Positions 29,560 through 32,000 of a stretch of 32,000 nucleotides of DNA are shown here, one piece after another. A program made the translations under genes and the position numbers. Source of the DNA: an archaeon (lineage in GTDB: Archaea > Asgardarchaeota > Thorarchaeia > Thorarchaeales > Thorarchaeaceae); NCBI GenBank assembly GCA_024275415.1, contig JAJRZD010000022.1, positions 8,375 through 40,374 on the forward strand, read 5' to 3'. Numbering within the stretch: position 1 is the stretch's first letter; each line of letters begins with the position of its first letter. The notes under the pieces are model-generated. The model searched no databases and was not told where the DNA came from. It saw only the letters and a list, made by a program, of their open reading frames with translations.

Positions 29560-30519
29560 CTACTCTCTACACTTGACAAGGAATTCCGTGATAAGACGCT
29601 CAGCAACAGTATAAGGGTCTTCTCTCCGGAGGGCAATCTCACGGATTGCGTTCTCATACTCAGGACGACCACGTAGTGTCGAAAGAAGTTCGCGGGTCAA
29701 CTTGTACTCCATGAGTTGCTCCAGCTCTTCTCTGCTCCGACGAAGCCCGCGTGCCTCAAGTTGTCCACTCGAAGCCAGATATGCAAAGTGTTCCTCAATC
29801 ATATCCACAAGCTCTGTGATGCCCTCACCTGTCCGTCCATTGGTGAGGATAACGGGCGGTCGCCACGTTCCCATCTTTTGGTCAGTATCAAGCATAGCAT
29901 TGATCTCTGTGACCTTCTTGTCTGCACCGGGCAGATCGCTCTTGTTCACAACAAAGATGTCTGCAATCTCCATAATCCCTGCCTTGATAGCCTGAATATC
30001 ATCTCCACTTCCCGGGACATCAGTCACTATCACAGTGTGAGCAATCTCGATGACCTCGACCTCCGACTGTCCTGCACCTACTGTTTCGACTAGGATAACA
30101 TCTTTTCCAAAAGCGTCAACAGCCCTTACCGCATCTGATGTTGCTCTTGAGAGACCCCCGAGATGCCCTCTCGTCCCCATGCTCCTTACAAAGACCTCGT
30201 CATCCAGACTGTGCTCTTGCATCCGGATACGGTCTCCAAGCAGTGCGCCGCCAGAGAAAGGGCTTGATGGATCAACACAGATAATCCCTACTGACTGCTC
30301 ACGCTTCCTATACTCGGTGGTGATTCGTGTCACAAGTGTGCTCTTACCAGACCCCGGAGGGCCGGTCACTCCAATAATCTTGGCATGTCCAGTGTTCTTG
30401 TAAAGACGACTGAGCACCTCTGAGGCGATTGCGTCCTCGTCCTCTATAAGTGAAATAAGACGTGCCAGCTCGCGACGCTTGCCACTAAGGATACCCTCTA
30501 CGAGCTTTTCGACAGACAC
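29560..30519 (-). CDS. meaB: Methylmalonyl-CoA mutase-associated GTPase
   Basis: GPPGSGKST, DPSSPFSGGALLGDRIRM, ETVGAGQSE and NKSD motifs. Confidence 0.96.
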   Translation of the reverse strand: MSVEKLVEGILSGKRRELARLISLIEDEDAIASEVLSRLYKNTGHAKIIGVTGPPGSGKSTLVTRITTEYRKREQSVGIICVDPSSPFSGGALLGDRIRMQEHSLDDEVFVRSMGTRGHLGGLSRATSDAVRAVDAFGKDVILVETVGAGQSEVEVIEIAHTVIVTDVPGSGDDIQAIKAGIMEIADIFVVNKSDLPGADKKVTEINAMLDTDQKMGTWRPPVILTNGRTGEGITELVDMIEEHFAYLASSGQLEARGLRRSREELEQLMEYKLTRELLSTLRGRPEYENAIREIALRREDPYTVAERLITEFLVKCRE

Positions 30520-30542
30520 TCGAACACTCCCATCAAAAGATA

Positions 30543-30947
30543 CTACTTCTTGACGTTGCTCTGTATGAAATCGACAATCTCCTGAAGTGGAGTCCCTGGA
30601 CCAAATACCTCAGCGATTCCCACTTCTTTGAGCATGGGAACATCATCCTCAGGGATAATTCCGCCAGCCACAACGAGGATGTCATCAACCCCTTCGGCAT
30701 TGAGCAGTTCCATGACACGTGGAAATATCGCATTATGAGCTCCACTCAAGATACTAAGCCCAATCACATCAACAGCCTCGTCAATGGCCGCCCGAACAAT
30801 CATCTCTGGTGTCTGCCGAAGGCCTGTGTATATCACTTCCATCCCAGCATCTCGGAGCGCCCGAGCGACTACCTTGGCTCCGCGGTCATGGCCATCCAGA
30901 CCAGGTTTTGCGACGAGTACACGAATCTTCTTTGAACTCAAGGGCAC
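30543..30947 (-). CDS. Methylmalonyl-CoA mutase cobalamin-binding (small) subunit
   Basis: [14 protein letters not shown] (DxHxxG) and GLSILSGAH. Start moved to GTG 30947; the track's extra 25 codons contain the TATA box. Confidence 0.96.
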   Translation of the reverse strand: MPLSSKKIRVLVAKPGLDGHDRGAKVVARALRDAGMEVIYTGLRQTPEMIVRAAIDEAVDVIGLSILSGAHNAIFPRVMELLNAEGVDDILVVAGGIIPEDDVPMLKEVGIAEVFGPGTPLQEIVDFIQSNVKK

Positions 30948-30987
30948 ACCTCTAGTCCTAACTGATGATGCGAAGCTTCTCCGTCTT

Positions 30988-30995
30988 GATATAAA
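30988..30995 (-). promoter_or_regulatory. TATA box of the mutase operon (B12 subunit-meaB-mutase-mce)
   Basis: TTTATATC on the - strand about 40 nt upstream of GTG 30947. Confidence 0.55.
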
Positions 30996-31343
30996 GCCTT
31001 TCGATTTGGGGGCTCTGCTCAAGTTTTACAGTACTTGCTGTATGCCACAGCGAATCTTGTGGTTAGCATTACAGCTGCTGCACCTCATATCATAAGAATC
31101 GTGGTATATGGATAGGCAATTCAGGGCACATGAGTAGGACTCAAAGGGAATCCTTCCAGAATCGGTTCTATCTTAGTCAGTAGATGTATACGTTTCTCCA
31201 TCAGATGAGTCCTGCATAGGTGGCGAACCTGAGGGGTTGCATACAGTATCGAGGTTCTTTCGTCATGTTTCTTGATATTTCACATGATACTCAGTCCGAA
31301 AATATGTTTAAAAGCCATCTTAAGTGATTAGTAATGAGCATTG

Positions 31344-32000
31344 ATGACCGTGGCAAAAAAGGACCCCGATGCCATCGAGACCGCCAAGAAGGTTCTCGAG
31401 GCATTGAAACGTGACCCCACTCTCAGAGAGCAGTTCTTCGAGATAATCGAGCCGGGGACGTATGTCAAACGTGATGAGATGACTGAGGTTCTCCATGAGA
31501 TCAAACAGTTGCGTTTTGAGAGCAACCAGCGCTTCGAGGCCATGGACAGACGTTTCGATGCCATGCAGAAGCAGATGGACAAGCGCTTCGATGCCATGGA
31601 CAGACGTTTCGATGCCATGCAGAAGCAGATGGACAAGCGCTTCGATGCCATGGACAGACGTTTCGATGCCATGCAGAAGCAGATGGACAGACGCTTCGAT
31701 GCCATGCAGAAGCAGATGGACAAGCGCTTCGAGGCCATGGACAGACGCTTCGATGCCATGCAGAAGCAGATGGACAAGCGCTTCGAGGCCGTGGACAGAC
31801 GCTTCGAGAAGGTGTTCGAGCGGTTCGATGACCTCTCTCTTGCGTTGGGCCACGACTTTGAGGAGTTCAACAGCTACTGGTTAGAGACCTTCCTTGTCGA
31901 GCAAGGGTATCCCAAGGTTCGTGTCCAGAAACGACATTTCGTTGACAACGAGTACACGGTGTTCGCTCACTCCAAGGATGTGGAGATTGACCTGTTCAAC
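31344..32000 (+). CDS. Coiled-coil repeat protein of DUF3782/PD-(D/E)XK nuclease type, 3' truncated by window edge (absent from the ORF track)
   Basis: Open + frame from ATG 31344 to the end: MTVAKKDPDAIETAKKVLEALKRDPTLREQFF...EIKQLRFESNQRF[repeats]...LALGHDFEEF...KDVEIDLFN. Confidence 0.85.
   Translation, partial: MTVAKKDPDAIETAKKVLEALKRDPTLREQFFEIIEPGTYVKRDEMTEVLHEIKQLRFESNQRFEAMDRRFDAMQKQMDKRFDAMDRRFDAMQKQMDKRFDAMDRRFDAMQKQMDRRFDAMQKQMDKRFEAMDRRFDAMQKQMDKRFEAVDRRFEKVFERFDDLSLALGHDFEEFNSYWLETFLVEQGYPKVRVQKRHFVDNEYTVFAHSKDVEIDLFN
31536..31826 (+). repeat. Intragenic tandem array of 21-nt and 33-nt units
   Basis: Units (E/D)A(M/V)DRRF (7 aa) and DAMQKQMD(K/R)RF (11 aa) in the order 7-11-7-11-7-11-11-7-11-7, plus a degenerate 7. 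Near-identical at nucleotide level. Confidence 0.95.

Noticed and set aside
31018-31205. Short - strand frame MEKRIHLL...HVP*IAYP...LMI*GAAAV with two TGAs
   Set aside because: No recognisable homology, no Cys context and no RBS; could be chance or a relic.
31536-31826. Repeat array as a CRISPR locus
   Set aside because: No unique spacers, unit lengths are multiples of three inside a coding frame, and no cas genes are present.
31320-31884. Track ORFs 31320-31853 (-), 31328-31870 (-) and 31495-31884 (+)
   Set aside because: Stop-free shadow frames of the tandem repeat; the + frame from 31344 gives the natural amphipathic coiled coil with coherent flanks.

Overview
Archaeal genomic DNA, most likely an Asgard archaeon (Thorarchaeota-like). 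This is an inference from IDLSPL-type LRRs, a longin-like domain, archaeal GAGGTGA ribosome-binding sites and TATA boxes. Housekeeping content: 3' end of purH, endonuclease V, RNase HIII, biotin ligase, threonine aldolase, an MFS transporter and a spread-out propionyl-/methylmalonyl-CoA gene set (carboxyltransferase, epimerase, split B12 mutase, MeaB). Accessory content (1-19 kb): a candidate metal-sensing module (His/Met-rich surface protein, 4-TM protein, membrane-anchored wHTH regulator, tandem Lrp-like regulator), a zinc-ribbon gene cluster, a secreted Zn-phospholipase C and a ~1840-aa FG-GAP/Ig-like surface protein ending in a ~7-TM module. The ORF track misses three things: (i) the gene at 7648-7974 has an in-frame TGA exactly at the first Cys of a CxxC motif (candidate selenoprotein or nonsense allele); (ii) ORFs 13449-13784 and 13803-18974 are one gene interrupted by a single in-frame TAG; (iii) the real last gene is on the + strand (31344->32000), a coiled-coil PD-(D/E)XK-type protein with a 21/33-nt tandem-repeat array. 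No rRNA, tRNA, CRISPR array or transposase was recognised.
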